Source: Candidatus Moraniibacteriota bacterium (lineage in GTDB: Bacteria > Patescibacteriota > Minisyncoccia > Moranbacterales > GWC2-37-73). From it: 50,782 bases of DNA. How positions within the stretch are numbered: the first letter of the stretch is position 1; every line of letters begins with the position of its first letter. Shown here piece by piece: positions 1 to 9,273 of this stretch. Position numbers and translations under genes: made by a program. The notes under the pieces are model-generated. The model was not told where the DNA came from and ran no database searches. It saw nothing but the letters and a program-made list of their open reading frames with translations. The stretch is taken from positions 1 through 50,782 of the forward strand of contig JBBQCF010000002.1 of assembly GCA_038318455.1 (NCBI GenBank). The letters run 5' to 3'.

Positions 1-2475
1 ATTGGAAATGAAATTAATCTTTCTTTTGACCTTTCAAATAAAGAGGGTGTTCAGCCAGGCGTAATATATGCAGTTGATCTTGTTAGTGAAGGAGGAAATT
101 TCCAGATACCACTTGATCAAAAAGTTTATGATGAGGCACTAGTGCTTAATCCTGGAGAAACTATTCACAAGAATATTGTCTACACAGCACCAGACTATTT
201 AAATGGTAACTTTAAGATAGTTGTTGAAGTGAGGAGTCAAGGCTCATTTCGTTTCGGAATACTTACTATTAAGGATGAAATTAAGCTTAATGGAAATAAT
301 GAAAATATCGTTATTGATCCCGCTAACTGCTTTCTGACTATTGATGGAGATGAAAAAAAATATGCATTGTCTGATAATGTGGATATTTCAAAAAATGAAT
401 CACTTAATGTGCATTGTCCTATTAGCAGTAAATTTAAGAACCTACAATCGATAACTCCTATTTTCACTACGCATTATTCCTCGACAACTGGACAGATCTT
501 ATCAATAGAAAAAAAAGACACCATTTCTTTGAATGGCAATACTGATATGGCATTTGCTGCTAAATTGCCAAAAGTTACTAATTCTCAGCTATATGATAGT
601 GTATTAACTTTTGTAGATGATAAGAATAAGCAAATTTCTGCTCCAATTGAAATACATTACGTTCTTAGCGGTGATATGTCAGAAATTTTGAATTTGGCAA
701 TCGAAAAAAATAGTTATCAGTCTGGAGATAGAGCTCAGTTGATGTTTATCTGGAATAATGCAGGAAAAGTTACTCTGAACAATAAAGACTGGAGAAATCA
801 GTTTTTTGTTGAGAAAAAGTTTGTACTCGTGAATATAATTGATAAGGACAATAACCAATGTACTGATTCATTTCAAGAGAATATCCCCGATAATATGAAA
901 CAAGGAGTGGGAAAAATAACTATTCCAATCGTAAGATTGTGTGATATTTCGAAGATATATGTACAAATTAAAGACGATAACGGCATGTTATTTGCTGACA
1001 GTTATTATGATATATATCCTGGAAATAGTGTTGAAAAAAAACAAGACTCAGCATTGCCCGCACTGGTTGCAGAAAGTAGTGAAAACATAGAAAGTAAGAT
1101 GTCTGTCAATAAAATACTCGTAGTAGTTATTATTTTGCTTGTCTTGTTTATGATTATAGGATTTTCGTTTGCAATAAAAAAAAGAGGTAATAATGTAATT
1201 ATAGTTACGATCCTGTTTGGTTTATTTTTTATTAGCGCAAAAAATGTTTCAGCTATGGGTTTTTATAATGCTGGCTATGGACCTGGATTTATGTGGCAAC
1301 CTGTATATGTCTCCTTTTTGTCTCAACCAATACCTTGTGCTGCAAGTGTTTCATTGTTTGCAATTAATTGCGGATTTGGAGACAGCTATAGTTCATTTGT
1401 TAGTAATAATTGTGCTGCAAGTACATGTGTTGGTCAGACTTGTTTAGATGGTTTCTTAAATGTAAATGGCACTAAAACTTGTGATGATGGCTGTGCTGCG
1501 AACACTTGCATCGGTTTAACTTGCTGGAATAGTTATCAAACAGTGGCTGGAACCAAAACGTGTGCATCACTGTCTTGCAATCTTCCTTGGGGTGGAACCA
1601 TTGCAAGTGGAGCAAGCGTACAAGCAAGCGCGACAAGTTCAGTTCCTTGTGGCTCAACTTGCTCTACACCTCAAACGAGAACTTGCACCAATGGAGTTCT
1701 TTCTGGTTCGTATGCTTATCAATCATGCATACCAGCAGTTTGCACTTCCTGCCCAGCCTCCACCGCCTCTTGGACAGCATCAGCTTCTTGTTCTGGTCCA
1801 TATAATTTAATTGCAAGTGGAAATGCTAGCACCGTCACAAGCACTAATGGCAACCCAGGAGCTGTAACTCTAACTTGCACTAACGGATCAGTCTCTCAAT
1901 CAGGAATTTCTTGCACTGCTGCTTGCGGAACAACTTCAGGTTCAGGTTACAGTTGCGCTACCTATGCGCCAATAGGAATCTTTGCTGGACTTCCAACAAG
2001 TTACACCCTTGGTACAATTAACTACACCTACAATTCCTGCACCGGAACTTACACTTATGTGAGTGGTTGCTCTGCGCCCATTGTCACATATAATCTTTCT
2101 GTCTCTGCTGGACAAAATGGGAATGTTAATTCAAATCCAGCTGGTATAACAAGCTGTAGTGGAGAAAGCTGCACAGCAACTTTCGCACAAAACACACCCG
2201 TCACTTTAACAGCAACGCCATTTACAGGATCATTCTTTGACAGTTGGTCAAGTTGTGACACCACATCAGGAACTTCTTGTAATGTTAATATGAACTCAAA
2301 TAAATCAGTTACTGCAATCTTTTGTACCCCAGTCAATTGTGCTTCAAATACTTGCACAGGAAGTACTTGCAATCCTGGTTGCAGTCAGCCTGCAGTAGCA
2401 GGCACAAAAACAATTGATGAATGTGCTCCACCTGCAGTCTACGCTCCAAACAGCTGGCGAGAAGTAGCGCCATAG
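1..2475 (+). CDS. Large surface/secreted protein, 5'-truncated by the window edge. It has a central double hydrophobic segment and a Cys/Ser/Thr-rich C-terminal region with an InlB-B-repeat-like module.
   Basis: Frame 1 is open from nt 1, with no stop before the GTG at 142 used by the ORF track; stop at 2473-2475. Hydrophobic stretches are KILVVVIILLVLFMIIGFSFAI and VIIVTILFGLFFISA. Three copies of C-A-x-[NS]-T-C-x-G-x-T-C ... AGTKT are present. The segment YNLSVSAGQNGNVNSNPAGITSC...PVTLTATP..GSFFDSWSSC...C.V.M....VTAIF resembles divergent InlB B-repeat domains. Confidence 0.8.
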   Translation: MGNEINLSFDLSNKEGVQPGVIYAVDLVSEGGNFQIPLDQKVYDEALVLNPGETIHKNIVYTAPDYLNGNFKIVVEVRSQGSFRFGILTIKDEIKLNGNNENIVIDPANCFLTIDGDEKKYALSDNVDISKNESLNVHCPISSKFKNLQSITPIFTTHYSSTTGQILSIEKKDTISLNGNTDMAFAAKLPKVTNSQLYDSVLTFVDDKNKQISAPIEIHYVLSGDMSEILNLAIEKNSYQSGDRAQLMFIWNNAGKVTLNNKDWRNQFFVEKKFVLVNIIDKDNNQCTDSFQENIPDNMKQGVGKITIPIVRLCDISKIYVQIKDDNGMLFADSYYDIYPGNSVEKKQDSALPALVAESSENIESKMSVNKILVVVIILLVLFMIIGFSFAIKKRGNNVIIVTILFGLFFISAKNVSAMGFYNAGYGPGFMWQPVYVSFLSQPIPCAASVSLFAINCGFGDSYSSFVSNNCAASTCVGQTCLDGFLNVNGTKTCDDGCAANTCIGLTCWNSYQTVAGTKTCASLSCNLPWGGTIASGASVQASATSSVPCGSTCSTPQTRTCTNGVLSGSYAYQSCIPAVCTSCPASTASWTASASCSGPYNLIASGNASTVTSTNGNPGAVTLTCTNGSVSQSGISCTAACGTTSGSGYSCATYAPIGIFAGLPTSYTLGTINYTYNSCTGTYTYVSGCSAPIVTYNLSVSAGQNGNVNSNPAGITSCSGESCTATFAQNTPVTLTATPFTGSFFDSWSSCDTTSGTSCNVNMNSNKSVTAIFCTPVNCASNTCTGSTCNPGCSQPAVAGTKTIDECAPPAVYAPNSWREVAP

Positions 2476-2508
2476 GAATCAATTAATTAATAAATAAAAT
2501 CAAAACAA

Positions 2509-2868
2509 ATGGAAAACAAAACAAAGATAATTATTGCTTTAATTGCGACGGCTGTAATTATTATTGGAGGCACTAGCATTTATGCTCTAACTAAAAAAAG
2601 TGATACAATTATCCCAACTTCAAATGAGAAAATATTAACCAATACTGTTTCAGAACCTGACCAAACAGTTCAAGAACAAGAAATTCCTAAACAAACAGTA
2701 ACCTCAGAAGATCCAATTCTTCCTAATGAATTAATCCCAATGGAAGAAGCTGCCAAACAACTTAACGCTATTGTTGAAAAAGTTAAGGCAGGAAATCTTT
2801 CTGCTGAAGAGGGAGAAGTTCAAATGTCTGCTATCAGAAAACGACTAGCTCCTCCAACTATTAAATAG
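2509..2868 (+). CDS. Hypothetical membrane-anchored protein with an N-terminal TM helix
   Basis: ATG ORF of 119 aa. N-terminal hydrophobic helix IIIALIATAVIIIGGTSIYAL. Followed by a strong terminator. Confidence 0.6.
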   Translation: MENKTKIIIALIATAVIIIGGTSIYALTKKSDTIIPTSNEKILTNTVSEPDQTVQEQEIPKQTVTSEDPILPNELIPMEEAAKQLNAIVEKVKAGNLSAEEGEVQMSAIRKRLAPPTIK

Positions 2869-2895
2869 CGCGCATTACAAAAAATATTACATTTC

Positions 2896-2922
2896 AAAAA
2901 CAGGGGAGACCCTGTTTTTTGT
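2896..2922 (+). terminator. Rho-independent terminator
   Basis: AAAAA-CAGGG-GAGA-CCCTG-TTTTTTG; stem 2901-2905/2910-2914 followed by a T-run. Confidence 0.7.
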
Positions 2923-2987
2923 TTTGATTAGGATTGCTTCTTTGAAGGTGATATAATGGTTGAGTTGGTTTTTATTTTCAAAAAAGC

Positions 2988-4622
2988 ATGCTTGAAAAAG
3001 AATTAGAAAAATATTTTAACTTCTCAAAATTTCGTCCTGGACAAAAGGAAATTGTCCAGAGCATTATGGACGGAAAAGATGTGGTGGCGCTCATGCCAAC
3101 TGGTGGTGGAAAGTCGCTATGTTTTCAGCTTCCAGCAATTTTGAATAAAAATATTTCTATCGTTATTTCTCCTTTGATTGCCTTGATGCAAGATCAAGTT
3201 GATGCTCTCAACGCACGTGGAATTGCCGCGACATATATCAATAGCTCACTTGATCAATACGAAATTGCTGAGCGTTTTAATGATATCAAAAATGGTAAGA
3301 CCAAGATAGTATATATAGCACCTGAAAGATTTGGTAATCGCGAATTTCAAAAACTTTTTTCAGATTTAGATGTATATTTGTTGGCGGTTGATGAGGCGCA
3401 TTGTGTTTCGCAGTGGGGTCATGATTTTCGTCCAGATTATCTTTCAGTGAAGGAATATATTGCACTGCTAAAAAAGCGTCCTATTGTGGCAGCGTTCACT
3501 GCTACCGCGACTCCTGAAGTTAAGGATGATATTATTGAGCGTCTGGCTCTCAGCGACCCGGCTGTTTTCGTGCGCGGATTTGACAGGCCAAATCTGAAAT
3601 TTTTTGTGCGCGAAAATTTAAAGAAAAATGAAAGAATAGACGAAGCCCTCAGAATTGTTAGATCAATTGAAGGCAGTGGTATCATTTATGCGATTACACG
3701 AAAAGAAACTGAAGCAGTTGCCAAATTTTTGAAAGAAAATGGCATAAAAGCCACTGCATATCACGCCGGAATGGCTGCAGACAAAAGAAGCAAAATTCAA
3801 AATGATTTCATGGAGAATAAGTTCAAAGTTATCGTGGCGACCATTGCTTTTGGCATGGGCGTGGACAAGGCTGATATTCGCTTTGTGATTCATGTGGGAA
3901 TGCCTTCGAGTCCTGAGGGATATTATCAAGAGGCTGGCAGAGCTGGCAGGGATGGCGGGCAAGCATATTGCATTCTGCTTCACTCTAAGGCTGACGCAAG
4001 TTTGCATCATTTTTTCATTATGGCTGGAAAAAGTGAAATGGCTTCGCAAGGTAAAAGTTGGGATGATGTTAAGGTTGTGACTAATATTAAATATGCACGA
4101 CTGGACAAGATGAAAGAATATGTCGGAATTAAGACTTGTCGCAGGTTGCTGCTCTTGGAATATTTCGGTGATCCAGCAGTTGAAAATCATTCTGGCAACT
4201 GCAAGGGTTGCGACGTGTGTTTGAATTTCAAATGGTCAAAAGTAACTGAACCAGAAAGTGAAAGAAAAGAGAATAAAATCAAAAAGAAAAAAGCCAGTGG
4301 TCAATTGGGTGAGTCGGTTTTGGAAAGTGTGGGATTGTATCAGCAAAAATATTCAATAGAAAAAATTGCAAAAATTAGAAGTCTTGGGATTAGTACGGTT
4401 TCAGGACACTTGATGGAATGGTATGCAGCAGGTGGCGAATTCATGATTCAAGACTTTGTTTCATTGAAGCAAGAAAAAGAAATACTTGACGTCATAATGA
4501 AATCTGGTGGGTTCAAGGGACTAAAGGCTATTAAGGAAGCTATTGATGATGGTATAAGTTATGAACAAATTCGTTTTGTTATAATTAAAATGCGCCGTGA
4601 AAAAAAACAGATAAATGTTTAA
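2988..4622 (+). CDS. recQ: ATP-dependent DNA helicase RecQ
   Basis: Walker A MPTGGGKSLCFQLP, DEAH box VDEAHCVSQWGHDFRPDY, RecQ-type Zn-binding Cys cluster (CRR...C..CD.C) and a C-terminal HTH-like tail. Confidence 0.93.
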   Translation: MLEKELEKYFNFSKFRPGQKEIVQSIMDGKDVVALMPTGGGKSLCFQLPAILNKNISIVISPLIALMQDQVDALNARGIAATYINSSLDQYEIAERFNDIKNGKTKIVYIAPERFGNREFQKLFSDLDVYLLAVDEAHCVSQWGHDFRPDYLSVKEYIALLKKRPIVAAFTATATPEVKDDIIERLALSDPAVFVRGFDRPNLKFFVRENLKKNERIDEALRIVRSIEGSGIIYAITRKETEAVAKFLKENGIKATAYHAGMAADKRSKIQNDFMENKFKVIVATIAFGMGVDKADIRFVIHVGMPSSPEGYYQEAGRAGRDGGQAYCILLHSKADASLHHFFIMAGKSEMASQGKSWDDVKVVTNIKYARLDKMKEYVGIKTCRRLLLLEYFGDPAVENHSGNCKGCDVCLNFKWSKVTEPESERKENKIKKKKASGQLGESVLESVGLYQQKYSIEKIAKIRSLGISTVSGHLMEWYAAGGEFMIQDFVSLKQEKEILDVIMKSGGFKGLKAIKEAIDDGISYEQIRFVIIKMRREKKQINV

Positions 4623-4639
4623 ATTTTAAAATTAGTGTT

Positions 4640-4792
4640 ATGACTGAAAAAATAAAAAGCAAAAAACCTAAACGTAAGCTGACTAGGAAAGAAGCAATCA
4701 AAAAAGGGAATAAGGAATTTCGTATTTTTGCGCGCGACTTGGCAAAATCAATGAATATTGTTCCTGATAAAAAAGATAAAAAGATAAAATAA
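4640..4792 (+). CDS. Possible small, highly basic protein (50 aa), below the ORF-track cutoff
   Basis: ATG at 4640, TAA at 4790-4792. Translation is MTEKIKSKKPKRKLTRKEAIKKGNKEFRIFARDLAKSMNIVPDKKDKKIK. No homology recognised. Confidence 0.3.
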   Translation: MTEKIKSKKPKRKLTRKEAIKKGNKEFRIFARDLAKSMNIVPDKKDKKIK

Positions 4793-4893
4793 GTGTGCTA
4801 GCATTTCTTTTTGTATTTTTCGTACTTGCTATTTCTTTTTCAGGCACGTTTCGCTGAAATAAAATTAATAATATTTGTAATTAAAAAAATAAA

Positions 4894-5097
4894 ATGGAAG
4901 AAATTTTAAAAAAAATTCAAGAGCAAGAAATAAAAATAGATGCAATTTATGTTTCAGTTGAAAAACTGCGAAAATATTTTCTTTGGACACTTATTATAAC
5001 TGTTGCCATGGTAGTGCTTCCACTTATTGCGATGATGTTTGTGTTGCCATCTGTTTTAAGTTCACTCACAAGTGCATATGGTTTGGGTGGTATGTGA
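4894..5097 (+). CDS. Small single-pass membrane protein, hypothetical
   Basis: 67-aa ATG ORF with one TM helix (FLWTLIITVAMVVLPLIAMMFVLPSVL). A terminator lies downstream. Confidence 0.5.
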   Translation: MEEILKKIQEQEIKIDAIYVSVEKLRKYFLWTLIITVAMVVLPLIAMMFVLPSVLSSLTSAYGLGGM

Positions 5098-5163
5098 TTT
5101 GTGACAGTTTTGTTTTTTGGCTCAAATTAGCGTTTCATTAAAGTGTATGGGTGTGCATAACTC

Positions 5164-5194
5164 AAAAAGAAGGCTCTAAACAGCCTTCTTTTTA
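5164..5194 (+). terminator. Rho-independent terminator
   Basis: GAAGGCT (5169-5175) / AGCCTTC (5182-5188), 6-nt loop, then TTTTTAT. Confidence 0.7.
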
Positions 5195-5208
5195 TTTATT
5201 TCATTGTG

Positions 5209-5237
5209 TTGACTACTGGATGACTGTGGGGTAGTAT
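5209..5237 (+). promoter_or_regulatory. Sigma70-type promoter of the mraZ operon
   Basis: TTGACT (5209-5214), 17-nt spacer, TAGTAT (5232-5237). Confidence 0.6.
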
Positions 5238-5245
5238 TACATTGC

Positions 5246-5270
5246 AGTGTAGTGAAGTGGAAGAAAGTGG
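5246..5270 (+). promoter_or_regulatory. Putative MraZ operator: direct repeats at 10-bp spacing
   Basis: AGTGT (5246-5250), AAGTGG (5255-5260) and AAGTGG (5265-5270) lie just downstream of the -10 element. A further GTGG lies at 5226-5229. Confidence 0.5.
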
Positions 5271-5323
5271 TGAATTCTTTGTAATATTATTTACAAATTC
5301 ATTGAAGATTAAAAAATCTAAAT

Positions 5324-5758
5324 ATGTTTATCGGAGAATATCAACATAACATAGATCCAAAAAAGCGACTGGCGCTTCCTTCAAAGTTTCGCAAAGAACT
5401 TGGAGCAAAAGTTGTGGTGACTCGTGGATTGGATAAATGTTTATTTGTATATCCGGAAAAAATTTGGAAAGAGTTGGCGGAAAAACTTGGAACGTTGCCG
5501 ATGGGGGAGTCGACAACAAGAAGTTTTGTTCGATTGATGCTGGCAGGCGCTGTTGATGTTGATGTTGATAGTCAGGGCAGGGTTTTGGTTCCTGAATATC
5601 TTAAGGAATATGCTGGTCTTAATAAGAATGTGACAGTGGCAGGACTCTTTAATCGATTGGAAATCTGGGATGAAGAAAAATGGAAAACATATAAAATAAA
5701 GGCTGAAGAGAATACTGATGAAATTGCTGAACAACTTGGAAAACTTGGAATATATTAA
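5324..5758 (+). CDS. mraZ: Transcriptional regulator MraZ
   Basis: MFIGEYQHNIDPKKRLALPSKFR... duplicated SpoVT/AbrB-like MraZ halves; first gene of a dcw-type block. Confidence 0.93.
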   Translation: MFIGEYQHNIDPKKRLALPSKFRKELGAKVVVTRGLDKCLFVYPEKIWKELAEKLGTLPMGESTTRSFVRLMLAGAVDVDVDSQGRVLVPEYLKEYAGLNKNVTVAGLFNRLEIWDEEKWKTYKIKAEENTDEIAEQLGKLGIY

Positions 5759-5765
5759 AATTGAG

Positions 5766-5860
5766 AATTTGTATTTTTTGAAAATAATTTTTTTACTTGC
5801 CTTTCGTTCGCTTTGCTCACACGGAAGCCGCAAAAAAACAATTTTCAAAAAATACAAATT
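5766..5860. repeat. Intergenic nested-hairpin element, family 1, copy 1
   Basis: Perfect 20-bp inverted repeat 5766-5785/5841-5860. It encloses the conserved core TTTTTTTACTTGCCTTTCGTTCG...CACGGAAGCCGCAAAAAAA, shared with 15078-15190 and 16282-16388. Confidence 0.75.
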
Positions 5861-5875
5861 AGAGATTATACCGCT

Positions 5876-6853
5876 ATGACTATTCATAAGACAGTATTGC
5901 TGAAAGAGACAGTTGAGGCGCTGAATTTAAAACCAGGCATGATTGTTGTTGATGCAACATTGGGCGGAGGAGGACACAGCTACGAAGTTCTTAAAAAAAT
6001 TGGAAAAAGTGGTAAGCTTATCGCATTTGATCGTGATGAGGATGCAATTAGGCGATTTGAAAAAAGAGTTGAAGTTGGGAGTGATGAAGTTCATGACGAA
6101 AACATTAAATTGTTTCATGACAATTATTCATCCCTAAAAGATAGACTAACTTCAATAAATATTTCTTCAGTCGATGCTATTTTGGCAGATCTTGGTATTT
6201 CGTCAGATCAACTTGCAGATGAAAAAAGAGGAATCAGTTTTCAAGGAAACTCTCCTTTGGACATGCGCATGGATTTAACGAGGGGAATCACGGCAGCAGA
6301 AATTGTTAACACATATTCCGAGCAAGAACTGGTTAGAGTTTTGAGGGAATTTGGAGATGAGCAATATGCGTCTTCTATTGTAAGAAATATTATTGCCCAG
6401 CGCATAGAAAAACCTTTCACCAGAACAATTGAATTGGTCGAAGTTATAGAAAGGTCTGTCCCATCAATGTATAAAAGGAAGAAAATACATCCAGCCACAA
6501 AAACATTCCAAGCGCTAAGGATAGAAGTGAATCAAGAACTCGAAATGCTAGATTCGTTTCTTTCTCAAGCGATTGAAGTATTGAAACCTGGTGGCAGACT
6601 AGCAATCATCACCTTTCATTCTGGTGAAGATGCAAAAGTGAAATACGCATTGAGGGAAAATGCAAGGGGATGCATTTGCCCTCCGGAGTTTCCAGTGTGT
6701 CGTTGCGAAAAAGTTGCGCACATCGAATTGATTACAAGAAAGCCTATCGTGCCTAGTGAGCAAGAGGTCGCTGAAAACCCTCGCTCACGAAGCGCAAAAT
6801 TGCGTATTGCTCAAAAAACGAAACTAGTAAAAGAGAAAAACCCAGTTAAATAG
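5876..6853 (+). CDS. rsmH: 16S rRNA (cytosine1402-N4)-methyltransferase RsmH
   Basis: MTIHKTVLLKETVEAL.., SAM motif DATLGGGGHS. Start moved to the ATG at 5876 because the TTG at 5813 lies inside the repeat element. Confidence 0.92.
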   Translation: MTIHKTVLLKETVEALNLKPGMIVVDATLGGGGHSYEVLKKIGKSGKLIAFDRDEDAIRRFEKRVEVGSDEVHDENIKLFHDNYSSLKDRLTSINISSVDAILADLGISSDQLADEKRGISFQGNSPLDMRMDLTRGITAAEIVNTYSEQELVRVLREFGDEQYASSIVRNIIAQRIEKPFTRTIELVEVIERSVPSMYKRKKIHPATKTFQALRIEVNQELEMLDSFLSQAIEVLKPGGRLAIITFHSGEDAKVKYALRENARGCICPPEFPVCRCEKVAHIELITRKPIVPSEQEVAENPRSRSAKLRIAQKTKLVKEKNPVK

Positions 6854-6928
6854 TCGCTATGCGAATTTAGCGGGGTAAAAAACAAAAACAAATTTAAACA
6901 GTAATTTCTGTGGGGGGAACCACAAGAA

Positions 6929-7318
6929 ATGACAAAAAGAACTATTGTTATCAGGAAGAAATCCTGGCTACAAAAAACAAATAAAAAAAGAAATATCTTG
7001 CCGATAACAGCGCTGAATTCAAGTACTGCCGGTTTTATTAACCCTGTTTTCGTGGTTCTTGTAGCTGCAGCTTGCTCGGGATTGTTTTATGTCTATTCGG
7101 TTAACCAGACCGCTGTTAAAGGCATCGCAATTAGAAATGCTGAAAATGAAGTTTTATTGGAACAAAAAAATAATGAATCATTGAAAATAAAGGAGGCAGA
7201 ATTAAAATCCTTGTATCATATTGAAGATGTATCAAAACAACTTAATATGATTAATGCTGTTAATGTTAAATACGTGGAAGAGATTCCAGCTGTCGCTTAT
7301 AATGCTGCAACGCGCTAG
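6929..7318 (+). CDS. ftsL: FtsL-like cell division protein
   Basis: 129 aa, one TM helix followed by a coiled-coil-like region. Lies between rsmH and ftsI. Confidence 0.6.
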   Translation: MTKRTIVIRKKSWLQKTNKKRNILPITALNSSTAGFINPVFVVLVAAACSGLFYVYSVNQTAVKGIAIRNAENEVLLEQKNNESLKIKEAELKSLYHIEDVSKQLNMINAVNVKYVEEIPAVAYNAATR

Positions 7319-7356
7319 TATGTAAAATGAAAAGATAAATTCTGTAATATTCTGAT

Positions 7357-9237
7357 ATGAATAAGGCAAAAATTATAAGGCGCAACGATCCAAAGCAAAA
7401 AACTTCAGAAAAAAACTGGAGAATTAATATTTTGGTTTTTTTTATTTTCTTTATTGCAATAGTTGTTGTGACAAAACTTTATATTCTTCAGGTTGCTAGG
7501 CATGGCGTTTATGCAGCACTTGCGGAGCAACAGCATGGACATACAACTCAACTTGTAGCAAAGCGAGGAGAAATATTTTTGCAAGATGAAAACCAACCAT
7601 ATCCAGTTGCAGTGAATAAGGAAATGAAAATGGTGTATGCTGTTCAGCGCGAAATGAAAGACATGGATAGTTCTATCAAGGCATTAGCATCTATCTTGGG
7701 TCTGGATGAAAAATTTCTTCAAGAGAAACTAGATGATCCTACGGATATGTTTGAAATTTTAAAAAATAAACTTTCCGATGATGAGGTTAAAAAAATAAGA
7801 GAAGCGAAAATAGCGGGAATATATTTGGTGGGGGAAAATTTTCGTTATTATCCGGCAGCTGAACTTGCAGCGCAAACAATTGGCTTTGTTGGATCAGACG
7901 GCAAAGAGCAAGTCGGTAGATATGGACTCGAGTCATCATGGCAGGATAAATTAAAAGGCATTAGTGGTATGCAAATTCAGGAAGGTGATTCTCGCGGAAG
8001 GTGGATACCTGTTTCAGATAGAAATGTTGAGGCTGCACAGGATGGACAGAATTTGATTTTAACAATAAATCACACTGTTCAATTTGAAGTCGAAAAAATA
8101 CTTAAACAGACAATGGAGAAATTTAGTGCAGATAGCGCTACAGCCATTGTTGTTGATCCAAAAACTGGTAAGATTTTAGCCTTGGCAAATCAACCAAGTT
8201 TTAATCCTAATGATTTTTCCTCAACTGACATTTCACTTTTTATGAATCCAGCGGTAAGTTCGCCATATGAATCAGGTAGTGTTTTCAAGGCCTTCACTGA
8301 AGCTATTGGTCTTGATGATGGAAAAATAAGTCCTAACACAACTTATTCTGACACAGGCACAGTTGTTGAGGCTGGATATTCAATTCATAATTCCGATCTC
8401 AAGGCTAATGGCACACAAACAATGACGCAGGTTTTGGAAAAATCTCTGAATACTGGAGTTATATACATTGAAAAACTTGTTGGTAATAAAAATTTCGCTG
8501 ATTATATTAGTAGATTTGGTTTTGGCAAAAAAACTGGAATTGATTTGCCTGGTGAAGTTCCTGGTAACATCAGAAATCTGGAAAACACAAATAGAACAAT
8601 AAACTTTTTCACAGCTTCTTTTGGGCAAGGTATCTCAATGACGCCAATTCAATTGGCAATGGCATATGGCGCATTGGCAAATAAGGGCGTTTTGATGAAG
8701 CCACAAATTGTTGATGAAATTAATTATACCGATGGCCATAGCGAAAAAATACAACCTGAAGAAGTGCGACAAGTCATTACCGAGAGTAGCTCTAAACAAG
8801 TATCTGAAATGCTTAGGGCTGTTGTGCTTAATGGGCACGGAAAACAAGCTGATGTGCCAGGATATTTGGTTGGGGGTAAGACAGGAACAGCGCAAGTTGC
8901 AAAAACTGGTTCAAAGGGATATGAAGAAGGTGTGAACATCGGTTCATTCGCAGGCTATGCTCCAACTAATGACCCTAAATTTGTGATTGTTGTTAAAATT
9001 GTGAATCCAAAAGGAGTCGAATGGGCAGAAACATCAGCAGCGCCTTCTTTTGGTAAAATAATGAAATTTTTATTGGAATATTATAAAGTTGAGCCGACTG
9101 AAGATCCGAAAATAAGTCCAACGTATAAAATGTATCAAGCTGAAAATACTTCCGTAGCTTCTGAAGTAACTCCTGCTGCTGTTGAAAATGCTAAATTGGA
9201 TACTAAGACTAAAGATGACTCCAAGAAAAAGAAATAA
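7357..9237 (+). CDS. ftsI: Penicillin-binding protein, class B transpeptidase (FtsI-type)
   Basis: N-terminal TM, PBP dimerisation region, SxxK (SVFK) and KTGTA motifs. Lies in dcw context. Confidence 0.9.
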   Translation: MNKAKIIRRNDPKQKTSEKNWRINILVFFIFFIAIVVVTKLYILQVARHGVYAALAEQQHGHTTQLVAKRGEIFLQDENQPYPVAVNKEMKMVYAVQREMKDMDSSIKALASILGLDEKFLQEKLDDPTDMFEILKNKLSDDEVKKIREAKIAGIYLVGENFRYYPAAELAAQTIGFVGSDGKEQVGRYGLESSWQDKLKGISGMQIQEGDSRGRWIPVSDRNVEAAQDGQNLILTINHTVQFEVEKILKQTMEKFSADSATAIVVDPKTGKILALANQPSFNPNDFSSTDISLFMNPAVSSPYESGSVFKAFTEAIGLDDGKISPNTTYSDTGTVVEAGYSIHNSDLKANGTQTMTQVLEKSLNTGVIYIEKLVGNKNFADYISRFGFGKKTGIDLPGEVPGNIRNLENTNRTINFFTASFGQGISMTPIQLAMAYGALANKGVLMKPQIVDEINYTDGHSEKIQPEEVRQVITESSSKQVSEMLRAVVLNGHGKQADVPGYLVGGKTGTAQVAKTGSKGYEEGVNIGSFAGYAPTNDPKFVIVVKIVNPKGVEWAETSAAPSFGKIMKFLLEYYKVEPTEDPKISPTYKMYQAENTSVASEVTPAAVENAKLDTKTKDDSKKKK

Positions 9238-9273
9238 AATTAATATGAAATATTGTGATATAATGAAGATAAT

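Noticed and set aside
5813-5875. Upstream TTG start for rsmH, and similar TTG/GTG extensions at 11965, 17153, 21608, 23419, 25542, 33116, 35431, 37507, 41436 and 42667
   Set aside because: The extensions run through intergenic repeat or hairpin sequence or overlap the preceding gene. In every case an in-frame ATG gives the canonical conserved N-terminus.
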